Origin: Octopus vulgaris
Taxonomy: Eukaryota
NCBI GenBank assembly: GCA_951406725.2
Contig: OX597842.1
Coordinates: 1,984,001-2,048,000, forward strand
Direction: 5' to 3'
DNA length: 64,000 bases
This document shows, one piece after another, positions 13,895-27,762 of the stretch (position 1 is its first letter; every line of letters begins with the position of its first letter). The notes below the pieces were generated by a model. It ran no database searches. It had not been told where the DNA came from and worked only from the letters and a program-made list of their open reading frames with translations. The translations under genes and the position numbers were made by a program.

Positions 13895-14040
13895 CTGTGT
13901 GGTAAGTAGCTTGCTTACCAACCACATAGTTCCGGGTTTAGTCCCCTTGGGCAAGTGTCTTCTGCTATAGCTCCGGGCCGACCAATGCCTTGTGAGTGGA
14001 TTTGGTAGACGGAAACTGAAAGAAGCCTGTCGTATATATG

Positions 14041-14075
<35 letters not shown>

Positions 14076-15099
14076 GTATGTTTGTGTGTCTGTGTTTGTC
14101 CCCCTAGCATTGCTTGACAACCGATGCTGGTGTGTTTACGTCCCCGTAACTTAGCGGTTCGGCAAAAAGAGACTGATAGAATAAGTACTGGGCTTACAAA
14201 GAATAAGTCCCGGGGTCGATTTGCTCGACTAAAGGCGGTGCTCCAGCATGGCCGCAGTCAAATGACTGAAAACAAGTAAAGAGTATATACACAAAACACA
14301 CATTCATAAACACTTATACACATACACGTATTAATAGATAACTTTATACATATATACACACACACACACAATTTTATACATCTATATTTGCATGAGTATG
14401 TTCATACACGTATATATACACACTCTGTCTCACACACACACACACACACACATTTTAATTCAATTTCTTTAAAAATCTTTTGTACATTCTTTTCCCATAA
14501 TTTTCTCATCAATATTTCCATCATTATTTGCCTCTGTTGTTTACAACACAACCTGATCCCATCTTACCTACACTTCCCTCCAGCCCTGCCCACCCTGTCT
14601 GACTATCTGTACAACAACCCCACAGTCCTTTCTCTACTGGCTCCCCACCCCTGTCAATACCTCGACACCCACCCCAGTCTGTCTGTAGCGTAATTGTTTT
14701 ATAATTGTCTGCGGAAAGTGAGGGAGGGCAGGGTTGGGTTGGAAGTTGTGGCGGTGGCGGTGGTGTGTTTGAGACGAAGGGGCTGGATGAGGGGGCATAG
14801 ACATATAGCGAGTGAGGTAGGTGGGTGGGATGAGACAGAGAGGGTGTGGCACTGGTGTTAGGGTAGGTGTTGGTTTTCCAATAAACAAGGTGGGACAAAC
14901 GTGGGGGGGAGAGGGGGAGAAGGCCTCAAGAAGACAGAGAAGTAATGACACAATCAGACACACACACACACATACATACGCATACATAAACATACACAAA
15001 CAGACTCACACATATGCACACGTAAACAAACCCATACACACACACAACACATAGACAAGCACATACGCAAACATAAACACATAAATATATATATGTATA

Positions 15100-15155
<56 letters not shown>

Positions 15156-15423
15156 CATATACATATACATATACATATGTATGTATGTATATATGTATAT
15201 ATATATTGTACGATAGAAACAGGAAAGTGATATTTTTTCAAACACAGTACTGCCATTAGAGCAGCAGAAATAATGGGTAATATTACCCTTACAAAGTAGA
15301 AAAAGTTGTCAACAAACACCCATGGGAATTGAACCTACATTCCCCCATTATTTCTCCTGCTCTAATGGCACTGCTGCATTCAAAAAAACATCACCTTCTT
15401 GTTTGTATCGTACAGTAGTTAGA

Positions 15424-15519
<96 letters not shown>

Positions 15520-18500
15520 GAGAGGTGCAGGAGTGGCTGTGTGTTAAGCAGCTTGTTTACCAACCACATGGTTCTGGGTTCAGTCCCACTGTGTGGCACT
15601 TTGGGCAAGTGTCTTCTACTATAGCCTTAGGCCGACCAAAGCCTTGTGAGAAATACTTAGGTGCAGGAGTGGCTGTGTGTTAAGCAGCTTGTTTACCAAC
15701 CACATGGTTCTGGGTTCAGTCCCACTGTGTGGCACTTTGGGCAAGTGTCTTCTACTATAGCCTCGGGTCGACCAAAGCCTTGTGAGAAATACTTAGGCGC
15801 AGGAGTGGCTGTGTGTTAAGCAGCTTGTTTACCAACCACATGGTTCTGGGTTCAGTCCCACTGCGTGCAGTGGATTTGGTAGACGGAAACTGAAAGAAGC
15901 CCGTCGTATATATGTATATATATATGTGCGTGTGTGTTTGTGTGTCTGTGTCTGTCCCCCTAGCATTGCTTGACAACCGATGCTGGTGTGTTTATGTCCC
16001 CGTTACTTAGCGGTTCGGCAAAAGAGACCGATAGAATAAGTACTGGGCTTACAAAAGAATAAGTCCCGGGGTCGAGTTGCTCGATTAAAGGCGGTGCTCC
16101 AGCATGGCCGCAGTCAAATGACTGAAACAAGTAAAAGAGAGAAAGAGAGTATATATACACACACACACACACACACACATACAAACACACATATATATAT
16201 ATTTAAATACATATATCATCATCATCATCTTCATCATCGTTTAACATCCGCTTTCCATGCCGGAATGGGTTGGACAGTTTAACTGGGAACTGGCAAGCTG
16301 AGAGGCTGCACCAGGCTCCAATCTGATTTGGCAAAGTTTCTACAGCTGGATGTCCTTCCGGTGGCATATAAAAAGCACCATTCGAGAGTGATCATTACCA
16401 GCGTTGCTTTAGCCAGTGGCACTTGTGCCATCGGACACACTCAAATGATACTTATTATGCGCCACTGGCATGGGTGCTAGTCAGGCGGCACTGGCATTGC
16501 ACCCACTACACTCTCAGAGTGGTTGGCATTAAGAAGAGCATCCAGCTGTAGAAACTCTGCCAGATCAGATTGGAGCCTGGTGCAGCCATCTGGTTCGCCA
16601 GCCCTCAGTCATTCGTCCAACCCATGCCAGCATGGAAAGCGGACGTTAAATGATGATGATGATATTAATGGTAAACTGTCAGACTCTCTCTCTCTCTCTC
16701 TCTCTATCATGTTATGTATAATCTTCCTTTCCACCACCCCTCACTGTTTCTTTTTAATACCCTACTAAATCTCTTGCCCTCCCCTCTATAGTAAGCAGTT
16801 TTATTAATTATTGTCTTCCACATAGAGGTGCAGGCATCACTGTGAGATAAGAAGCTTGCTTCACATTTACATGGCTCTGGGTTCAGTCCCACTGCATGGC
16901 ACTTTGGGCAAGTGTTTTCTACCGAAAAATTGAGAGTGGATTTGGCAGATGGAAACTGAAAGAATCCTGTAGTATCCTCATCATCATTGTCTATCATCCA
17001 TCTTCCAAGCATACATAGTTGACAGGTGCTGGCAAGGTAGAAGATTACTCTAGCCTGCTGTGTCTGTTTTGGCAGGGTTTTTACGGCTGGATGCCCTTCC
17101 TATCACCAACCTCTCTTCAGAGGAGACTCAATGCTTCTTATGTGGCACTAGCACAGGCAAGGTTAGCTTGGGCATGATTTTTACAGATGGATGCCCTTCC
17201 AAATGCTAACCACTTTACAGTATGGACTGGATGCTTTTTCATGGCAGCAAGTAGCTTGCAAGACAAAGAATTAAAAGAGGGGCAGGGGCGTTTGAGGAGG
17301 GGAACTTGTGCCTGAAGATGAAAGGTTAGAGTGTGACGGAGAGACAGAAACAGGTGTGTTTCCACAAGAGAGGGGACATTGGAGGAGGTGATCCAGTATT
17401 AGATGATGAAAGGTTATAGTGTTACAGAGAAATAAAGAGGCAGAAATAGGTGTCTTGCTCTAATGCAGATACATGGTTACCCAGTGAGAGAGAGAGAGAA
17501 AAGAAAGACAGAGAGAGAAAAGACAGAGAGAAGAGAGGGAGAGGAAGTGAGAGAGGGGAGATATAAGAAAGAGGACACACACACATGTATGTATGTATGT
17601 ATGTATGTATGTATGTATGTATGTATGTATGTATGTATGCGTGTCTGTGTCTGTATTTGTACCTCATGGTCATTGATGACCAAAGGGGGTCTTTAACCGT
17701 CACCCTATGCACATATAATAGCATGGAGTGAGGAGACTTGTATGCATGGGTGACTGCTGGTCTTCCATAAACAACCCTGCCTGGATTTGAGCCTCCAAGG
17801 GGAACATTCAAGATGCAATCCCATGTTCATTCATAACCAAAGGGGGTCTTCACCCTTTCTTCTACTCCCTCACTCCATCACCATTCATCTTCTTTCTCAC
17901 CCCTCTCCCTCTCTATACTCGGGCACCCATATATCTGCTTTACTGCATGACATCTATCTCTGTCTCACTATGGCACAAAGCCACTGCTTTCAATACTGCT
18001 CCCTCCGCACTCAACTGAAGGGTCTTGTTTGGCAAGTTACCTGGTGACCTCACTGGTGTTGGTGCCACAAGAAAAACTCCCTGTACACTCTGTAAAGTGG
18101 TTGATGTTAGAAATGGTATCTCAAATCAGATAGGGGAGCTTGATACAGTCCTCTAACTCACCAAATCCTGTCAAACCATTCAACCGGTGCCAGCATGGAA
18201 AACGGATGTCAAATGATGATGATGAAGAGTTTCAATCTACTAAATTCACTCTGAAGCCATTGGTCATCTTGGGGCTTTTGTGGAAGATACTCATCTAATT
18301 TATGCTGTCATGGAAAGACATTAAATGATGATGATGATCACTTCTGAACAGTTTCCATCTACTAAATCCACTCCAATGGCATTGGTCATCTTCAGGCTCT
18401 TCTGACAGATACTCTTCTAACCCATGCTAGCACAGAAAGATATCAAAATATTGATGATGATGATGATGATAATAATGATGATATGATGATAACTTCTGGA

Positions 18501-18692
18501 CTGTTTCCAGCTACTAAATCCACTCAGAAAGCACTGGTCATCTTGGAGCTTTTGTAGAAGATACTCATCTAACCCATGTTAGCATGGAAAAATGGACATA
18601 AAACACATGAAATTTCCATAAGTGCTGTGAGACCATGTGGTTGCAAAGAAAATCTGTTAATTACCAAACACCCATGCTTCTTATTTCCTTAT

Positions 18693-18750
<58 letters not shown>

Positions 18751-18901
18751 CTTAGCGGTTCGACAAAAGAGACCGATAGACTATTCTATCGGTCTCTTTT
18801 GCTGAACCGCTAAGTTACGGGGACGTAAACACACCAGCATCAGTTGTCAAGCGATGTTGGGGGACAAACACAGACACACAAACATGTACACACACATACA
18901 T

Positions 18902-18936
<35 letters not shown>

Positions 18937-19171
18937 CTTTCAACAATATTAAGGAATGGCCCTGATAGGCCATTCGACTCACTAGAAAGAGCAGTCAAAC
19001 TCAAACCGCTAGAGTTTGACTGCTCTTTCTAGTGAGTCGAATGGCCTATCAGGGCCATTCCTAAATATTGTTGAAATTATATATATATAGTCTGTGACTA
19101 TTTTCTCTTTCTCACTGGACCACTGGTGGAGAAAAAGATTTCTATTGAATTTTTTGCTACCCTTATATTGA

Positions 19172-19216
<45 letters not shown>

Positions 19217-22200
19217 GACAGTCTTTTTTCAGTTTACGTCTACCAAATCCACTCACAAGGCTTGGTTGGCCCGAGGCTATAGTAGAAGACACTTGCCCAA
19301 GGTGCCACGCAGTGGGACTGAACCCAGAACCATGTGGTTCCTAAGCAAGCTACTTAGCACACAGCCACTCCAATTTTTTTTTTTTTTCTGATGTTCAGTA
19401 ATTTAACTTCCAACTTTTACCAAACTTTAAAATTGTGGAATATCAATGCAGAATAAGAAAAAAAATATATTTCTGAGATAAAATAAAAGAAAATAAAAAA
19501 GAAAACGGAAAGAAAGCGTAAACTAGAATAAAATTAAGAAACATTTTCAGTTGTTACCAAGTTAAATTTAACCAAAAAATACGCAATACTGAAAGTTTAA
19601 CAGAAACCTGAAAAACACAACTTATCTGAATTAAAATGGAAAATATATGCGCATATATTTACATAAATTTGCATACAAAATAATGACATAGTCCTATATA
19701 CTAAGTAAAATGTCCTATCATTGCTTGTTGTTGTTGTAGTCTGTGCACATTATGCTACTTGGGTTTTGGTGTACACTGGTGCACAGGCGACCCCTTGAAC
19801 CCATATAAATCTTATCATCATCATCATTGTTTAAAGTCCATTTTCCATGCCGGCATGGGTTGGATGGTTTGACAAGGATTGGCTAGGCAGAAGAAAGCAC
19901 TAGGCCTCAGTGGCTGTTTTGGCATGGGTTTTACTGCTGGGGGCCCTTCCTAACACCAACCACCCTGCAGAGTGGACTGAGCACTTTATACATGACACGA
20001 GTACAGGCGAGGTCAGTTTTGACATGGTTTTTACCGCTGGATGCCCTTCCTAACACCAACTGCCCCGTAGAGTGGACTGAGTGCTTTTTACATGTCACCA
20101 ACACAGGTGAGATGAGTTTTGGCATGGTTTTTACAGCTGAACGGTGCTCTTCCAAATACCAACCACTTTGCAGTGTGGACTGGATACTTTTTACATAGCA
20201 CCAGCACTGGCAGGGTCACCAAGTAACTTACAAGACAAAGATCCTTTGAGAGGGGATGTAGCATTGGAGGAGGTGATCTTGTGACAGATGATGAAAGGTG
20301 AGACAGAGAGACAGCAACAAGTGTCTCGCTGTAAAGGGGATACATGGTCACCTGGCCAGAGAGAGAGTGATCAAGAATGAGGACAGAAACAGCTGCGCTA
20401 CTATAAAGGGGATACAGGGTTACCAAGCCTGAGGGAAAAGCAAGAGAAAGAGTGAGAGACTGGGACACAGTAAGAGGGAGCAGGAGAGAGATGGTGGTGA
20501 AATGCTGGACATACACATAGAGATGGGGATCAGAATATAAATTGGATAGTAGAGTAGAAAAAGAGAAAGAAAATGGTGTGAAGACACACCCTTGTGCTAC
20601 AGAGGTCATAATATAAGTGGCAGGGCATTGCTAAAGAAGCATGAGTAAAGAGTGGGGATGTAAACACACCAACATTGGTTGTCAAGCGATGGTGGGTGGG
20701 GGACAAACAAAGACACACACATAAATATATATATAGATATATACAATGGGCTTCTTTCAGTTTCCACCCACCATACCAAATTCAGCAGACCAAGAATGCC
20801 TTAGTTACATGATGGTTCAGTTGTCTTTTGGGATTTACAAGTTAACTCACTGCAGGTCTGAGTTGTAATGAGTGATGAAGCCAGAAGGACAATAAAAAAG
20901 CCCCAAATGTTTCAAGAAATAAAATGGTCAAGAAGTAAGAAAAGGAAAGGACAAGGTCAAATATTTGGGAGTGAGAATCATATAAGGTTGTATGGAATGA
21001 AGAAAAGGAGAGGGGAATGAAAGAGGGGGAGATAGGAGTAAATAGTTGCTGTCTTTAAGAGGAAAGAATGTATTTCTTTACTGCCCACAAGGGGCTAAAA
21101 ATAGAGGTGACAAACAAGGACAGACAAAGGGATTAAGTCGATTACATCGACCCCAGTGCGCAACTGGTACTTTATTTATCGACTCCGAAAGGATGAAAAG
21201 CAAAGTCGACCTCGGCGGAATTTGAACTCAGAACGTAACGACAGATGAAATACGGCTACGCATTTCGCCTGGCGGGCTAACGTTTCTGCCAGAAGAATGG
21301 TTGTTATATTAAGCTAGGATGGGTAAAAATAGTAGTGGATAGTGAATAGCACTGGTACTGATGGCCACTTGACTACATCAAAGTAAACATACACATTCAG
21401 GCACCTGTGCATGCACACATACACACACTTCACACCCGTAGTATCAACCTAAGAATATACAGATATATGAGCATACTTGCACACACAGATACACAAACAA
21501 ATGTGTTTTTATGCGTGTGAGTGTGTGTGTGTATATATATGTGTGTGTGTGTGTGTGTGTAAAAATAATATGTGACAATTATTCGGCAGCCATGATAAAA
21601 CTCCAAGTTTTGGATGTCGGGGTGGAAACCCACGCGGGCATCTCTTCAGTTATACGGCCATCGAAACAAATGCTATGAAAATGATCATTAAACAAAAGGA
21701 AATTACTGTGTGATTGACCGTTATTAAGACAAAAGAGCTATTAGAATAAGGGCTAAGTACGGGTAGGGAGTAAAGATAAGGGATTAAAAATGTTCATAGT
21801 ATTCGCATAAGTGCACATGTCCATACCTGCACATACGCATCTGCACACCCACGTACATGTGCCTATAAGTATATACTCATCCACCCTCACTTGAAACACA
21901 CACATACTCACCCACACATTCGCCAAAAAATATATACATACCCGCATACATGCTCACGCACACACACACGTGCACAAAAAAGGTTCATACACATGTCTAT
22001 ATATGCACATGCACAAGAAAAAACAGGAAAAATCATGTTTGTTTCACCATTTCTATATATACATAATGTATTGTTCTGTGATAGAAAATTCAACAAAAAA
22101 AAGTACTCCATCTCAAAGAGTACAGATTCCGTTAAGATCTCATCATCATCATCAACATCATTTAACGTCCGCTTTCCGATGATGATGATGAGATCTTAAC

Positions 22201-22557
22201 GGAATCTGTACTCTTTGAGATGGAGTATTTCTTTTTGTTGAATTTTCTATCACAAAAAAAAAAAAAAAGTACTCCGAACTCTAGGTCTGAAATTTTCAGC
22301 AGTTGCAAGTATATGTATAAATATATTTTGAAAAATTAGAAAATTCCACATATTCCTGATTAATTTGTTGATATCTTTCCAACCTTACAATTTAAGATCT
22401 AAGGAGGATAACTCTTTTACCTTTTATATTTTTTTAACTTTTTATATTTTAGTTTTCGTGTTTGCATTTCCAATTTTTTTTGAGTTTCTGTGATTTCTGT
22501 ATGTTGCCTTCTCAGTTTGCTTTTATTTCTTCACTTATACAATTTTTTTTTTTACTT

Positions 22558-22614
22558 TGTGCCTGATGAATAATGCTTGAGATATTTCTCAACATATGAA
22601 ACTATCAGTAACAC
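22558..22614 (+). ncRNA. Hammerhead ribozyme, partly decayed
   Basis: GTGC-CTGATGA-ATAATGCTTGAGA tatt TCTCAACATAT-GAAA-CTATCAG-TA-ACAC. One mismatch in stem I next to the core. Confidence 0.6.
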
Positions 22615-22652
22615 TTGAAGACATGTATTGTATCCTTTAAATAAATTATATA

Positions 22653-23055
22653 GGATCTTTCCACTTTGACTGGCAGATTTAAAAAATAATTTCTAGGTAA
22701 CTAAACACTTTTAAACTTCATATACTGGCAGAATGTGTCACATGAAACAGCTTTTTCTCTTGGCGTTCTTGAGAAAATTCTGTAAACATTGACAAACGAA
22801 ATATACACTGCCAGAACTTCTTGTTGACAAAGAGCAATAGTAATTGTATTCACCTCAATAGACGTCATTGATTGGTTGAAATTGCCAAAATATGAGAAAT
22901 TTAACAACAAATAGCTTACAAACTACAGAATTTTCTCAAGAAAGCCAAGAGAAAAAGATGTTTTACGTGACACATTCTACCAGTATACAAAGTTCAAAAG
23001 TGCTTAGTTACCTAGAAATTATTTTTTAAATCTGCCGGTCAAAGTGAAAAGATCC
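22653..23055. mobile_element. Long-TIR MITE
   Basis: Imperfect inverted arms of about 130 bp, beginning GGATCTTTCCACTTTGAC and ending GTCAAAGTGAAAAGATCC. Confidence 0.7.
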
Positions 23056-23296
23056 ATTATACATATGTGTGTGTGTTTATACATAAAAGCATTGTAGTTT
23101 GCTTGAAGCATTGTAGTACTGAAGTAGAAAATGACATAAAAAAGGAATATGGAAAACTTCTAGCAATGCAGAAAATTTTACTGAAAACCTTTATATTTCA
23201 GACAGAAAGGCACATCTTCAGGAGGAAGCAGTTAAAGATATGTGTATTCACAGATATTGTAAGAAGCTTTAATTATTTCTTTTTTGTTTCATTTTC

Positions 23297-23343
<47 letters not shown>

Positions 23344-23652
23344 ATGTACAATATATGGATTTAATGTACAATATATGGATTTATATAATCCAGCAATAAT
23401 CCCCCAAAAGCTCCTTTAGTGGATCAGGCTACAAACCACATAGTAAACCAATACATAGGAGTAATGTAGAGTCCCTTAGCAGCTGAAACCCTGTAAACCA
23501 AACCAGTGAAGAGTATTTCATAAGGAGTATACAGAATGGAAATTAAGTCAGGAGGTATGAGATGAATACATTTATTTCACCTGTTGGTTTCCATAGGATG
23601 TTGACTGTTTTGCAGCTAACATCAAGGTAAAGGAATTTATTTTAGTGTATGA

Positions 23653-24040
23653 TTAGCAGTATCACCCGGCGTTGCTTAGGTTTGTTTTCACCCTTTAGAA
23701 TTGGAATTTTTGAAAAGTAAAAATTTGGCATTATGTAGCTTGTTATTCTCTTTAAGTGAACATTTTTCTGGTTGAAATACACTGAAAAATGGCGACACAG
23801 CAGTCAAAAAATCGTAAAAAAATAGGGATTTTCATAGAAAAAAAGCACCTTTTTGATGTAAATAATTTTTGGTGTTAACATGGTCCGATTTGAAAGTTTT
23901 TCTTCTACGGAAGGAAGAGCAAGCCTTCTATCATACTGTCAATTTTGGTCAACTTGACCGCAGGTTCTCGGAGGAGATAGTGTTAGTTGAAGGCTACCAA
24001 ACCTGCCATACACAGACAACTTCAGCTTTATATATATAGA
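23653..24040 (-). mobile_element. Non-autonomous Helitron
   Basis: 5' A|TCTATATATATAAAG and 3' AACCTAAGCAACGCCGGGTGATACTGCTAA|T. Shares the 3' end with the 12-kb family but has a different interior. Confidence 0.75.
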
Positions 24041-24293
24041 TAAATTATTTTACATGTTTGTATTAGTGTATAGTACTATTGTACATATTACAAGTTAATA
24101 CAGGTACATGAGGCTAGCTCATCAGATCAACACAGCATCATGGTTACATCAATTTGGCTATCAACTGGTGAAATAAATATATTCATTTCATACCTCTTGA
24201 TTTCTTTACACCCACCCACCCCACACACACACGCAAATGAAAAGGCAAGAACACCAACAAACTTCAATATGATGAATTCCAAAAGAAAAATAC

Positions 24294-24402
24294 CTGGTTT
24301 CTGAGAGAACCTACGCTGTTTGACATCGTAGGTACCTGGTCCGACATGGCTTGGAGTGCTACCAATAACAATGCTGTAGTCACGTGCTGATTTGTCATAC
24401 AT
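24294..24402 (-). CDS. STPG2: First coding exon of sperm-tail PG-rich repeat protein 2-like gene
   Basis: MYDKSARDYSIVIGSTPSHVGPGTYDV resembles the STPG2 N-terminus (MYDRAPR...GSTxxHVGPGSY) and contains a SHIPPO-type GPGxY motif. The exon ends at a phase-1 donor CAG|GTATT (24293). A polypyrimidine tract and AG lie just upstream of the ATG. Confidence 0.78.
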
Positions 24403-24722
24403 GCTGTTGAGAGAAGCTACAGGTGCCGGCAGGGGAGGAAAAGACAGAAGAAAAGAATGGAAGTTTTAGCCAATAGACATCATAATGAAGAATCTTCAGC
24501 TACATAATCACTAAACTAGTTTCATCATCTTCTCATCAGACACATACAACACACCCACTTTTCCATGCTTGTGTAGTTTATTGATGGAGTTTATTGAGGC
24601 AGATTTTCTATGGCTGGGATGCACTTCTTGTCATCTATTTCCAAGCAAGGTGATAATTCCCCAGGACCAGATACAGAATTGTGGAATATTGGAAATGACA
24701 AGGCAACACGTAAACATACAAA

Positions 24723-24850
24723 CAGTAGAACCTCGGTTTTCGAACAACTCTGATCATGAATAAATTGTGCTTTATCTCCAGTCTTTCTCATATTCATTTA
24801 ATACAGAAGTATCTCAGTTTACAAACACCTTTGATCACAAATAAATTGTG

Positions 24851-24884
<34 letters not shown>

Positions 24885-24931
24885 CACGATTTATTTGCAA
24901 TCAAAGTTGTTCGAGAACTGACGTACTACTG
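24723..24931. mobile_element. pogo/Tigger-like MITE
   Basis: CAGTAG...CTACTG ends with imperfect TIRs of about 50 bp (TTCGAACAACT...ATAAATTGTGCTTTA versus TAAAGCACGATTTAT...AGTTGTTCGAG). Confidence 0.6.
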
Positions 24932-24933
24932 TG

Positions 24934-24970
<37 letters not shown>

Positions 24971-25206
24971 TTATATTATATTAGAGACAAAACCACTATT
25001 ATGCAAATCAAACAAAGAAAGACTTAAGCCAATACATAAAATAATTTATATAAATTATTTTATGTATTGGCTTAAGTCTTTCTTTGTTTGATTTGAATAA
25101 TAGTGGTTTTGTCTCTAATATAATATAATATAATATTTTACTATAAAATTGGATTCAATCCTAAATCTGATTTTTCCCTGTAAATTTGGATTTATTCCCT
25201 AATATT

Positions 25207-25243
<37 letters not shown>

Positions 25244-25584
25244 TACAAAGTGAGATAGGGGTTATGATTGTAACCCACTATGGGATATCATTTATCCAAT
25301 ATACTGCCAGTGAAGTACCCAAAAGACTAATACATAAATGCTTACAATTGCAATGCAATTAGTTCATTTATTGTATTAGATGGGCGAAGGTAAAATGTTT
25401 TACCTGAAATTCATAATACAAAATAAGAAAATGGAGGAATAGATTCCTTTCAATCATCAACTTACAGATAATACCAATTCATATAATTTATTAACTAATT
25501 AAATAGGAACATCCAAATCCAACAGAATAAAACAATATACATCCATAAGTAAGATAATACCATAAAAATAATACATATAAAATG

Positions 25585-25723
25585 GATCTTACAGCTGTTT
25601 CAGCCTGTAGATAAATGTATCCCATTGTGCCTATATTAGTCAAATGTAATTGAGGTAATATGCAGTTAAAAATGAGTTACTTATATATATATATATATAT
25701 ATCTAAAGGCCTCGTCAGAGATC
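25585..25723 (-). ncRNA. Type I hammerhead ribozyme with long stem II loop
   Basis: GATCT-CTGACGA-GGCCT-(about 100 nt including a TA tract)-AGGCT-GAAA-CAGCTG-TA-AGATC. Confidence 0.78.
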
Positions 25724-26253
25724 ATAAAGTACAATTATGAAGATAAATTATATGAATTTGTATTATCTGTAAGTTGATGATTGAAAGGAATCTATTCCTC
25801 CATTTTCTTATTTTGTATATGTATATATATATATATGAATATATACATATGTATAAGAAACAAGTTTAAATAATGTTTATTACATATATTTTCCTTCATT
25901 GGAGCAAATTTGGCTTACAGTTGTTTCCAGTAGTCATTATAAGAATAATTATACCTATAACTACAACTTGAAACAGCTGTAAGGCAAATTTGCTCCAATA
26001 AAGGAAAATATATGTAATAAACATTATTTAAACTTTGTCTTATATATCACACTGTGTAAAAACCAGTTTGTGTGGAGCCCATATACAGATTTACAATATA
26101 GAATTATGGTGAACTATAACCTTGGAACCTGTTCTTCACTAATCTAAATGATATTCTTAGCCTGGTGTGTGCCAACAGAGAGCTTATGAAGTATTTTGAC
26201 CAGATTGACAATCCCTGACTATTTGTTATGCTTTAAACACACACACATATATA

Positions 26254-26326
<73 letters not shown>

Positions 26327-26520
26327 TCAGCAAAAATTTAGATTCAAATGAATATGGTACTTAATTTAGATGCACCAGAATTTTGTATGGTGTTATCCAT
26401 GAAAATCCGTGGGGTGATTATAATCAAAATAAGCAACAAGAATGACTCCAGTAATTTGGTACGATCGTTTTGTACTACATCATTTTATTAAAATTTTTGT
26501 ATTAATGGAAAACCTCTATA

Positions 26521-26607
26521 ATTGGCTGATGAGTACTCAGCATCTTAAATCTGTTGTAATACTTACAACATTTAATAAAATGATGTAGTACGAAACGATC
26601 GTACCAA
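26521..26607 (+). ncRNA. Type I hammerhead ribozyme
   Basis: TTGG-CTGATGA-GTACT-(about 50 nt)-AGTAC-GAAA-CGATCG-TA-CCAA. Intact core, paired stems I and II, palindromic stem III, GUA site. Confidence 0.85.
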
Positions 26608-26827
26608 ATTACCTGAGTCATTCTTGTTGCTTATTTTGATTATATATATATATAATCATATCGAAGGGAAATAGAAATTAATAGAAATCTTCACTTCCAG
26701 TGGCCTGGTATGTAAAAATTTAGTCCAAAGACTATGTATTACTCATAAAACACAGTGTACATTTAAACACATAAGGAATCCACTCGTGGGATTCATCACG
26801 CTAGAAAGAACAGCTAGGTTCCATAAC

Positions 26828-26875
<48 letters not shown>

Positions 26876-27359
26876 CATGCTGCCTAAATACCAATTTTGA
26901 GAAATTAGGTTTCTCAAAACCAGAAAGGAAAAAGCTGATTTGAAGACTACATCCAATCCATCACCAGAATTGTTAAAATCTGTAAAACTTCCCGGAAGTT
27001 TATCATTTAAGTATATATGCACATGTGTAGGCATGCAACTACATGCATTATAATACATACATAAAACAAAACATACAAATTTGCGCATACGAAAATACCC
27101 TTTTGATATTGTTGAAATTCTAAGGAAGGAGCCTTGGATCTAGGTTAGAAACCAGCTTTTTCTCTATTGACAAGAAATATTGAAATAAAACTGAATAATG
27201 ATATACATACATACATCATGTAATCAAAGAGGGACTGGGGCAATGTTAAATAAAGTGTTTTGCACAGAAAGCGCAGCCCAGTCAGGGAATCGAACACACA
27301 ATCTAGTGATCATGAGTGCAACAGCCTAACCACTCGGCCACATGCCTTCACATGCACAT

Positions 27360-27398
<39 letters not shown>

Positions 27399-27399
<1 letters not shown>

Positions 27400-27752
27400 T
27401 GGCACTATGACCCAGCAACGCCGGGTCATAGTGCTAGTGCATGCATATACAGCTGCGTGCATGCGCACATATATACGCAAGTACTTTCCAAATCTCTGAC
27501 CAATCACATTCAATTGGCGTATCAAGTTTCGGGCATTTTGATTGGGTTTTGGATAGAAAATTCACAAAAAAGTCACTTCTATTGATTTTTTTAATGGCTT
27601 TGAGGGGTGACTGGGGAAATGTAACAATGTGCACGACCACCCTTGGATTGTTTTGAATGACCATAGAAAGTGCAAGCCCTCTAACTGAAAAATTGTGGAT
27701 TTGTATAAAGGATACACACACACACATATTTTGCCGTTTATATATATAGAGA
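27399..27752 (-). mobile_element. Non-autonomous Helitron
   Basis: 5' TCTCTATATATATAAACGG and a terminal hairpin GCACTATGACCC...GGGTCATAGTGC at 27402-27434. Confidence 0.65.
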
Positions 27753-27762
27753 TATATATATA

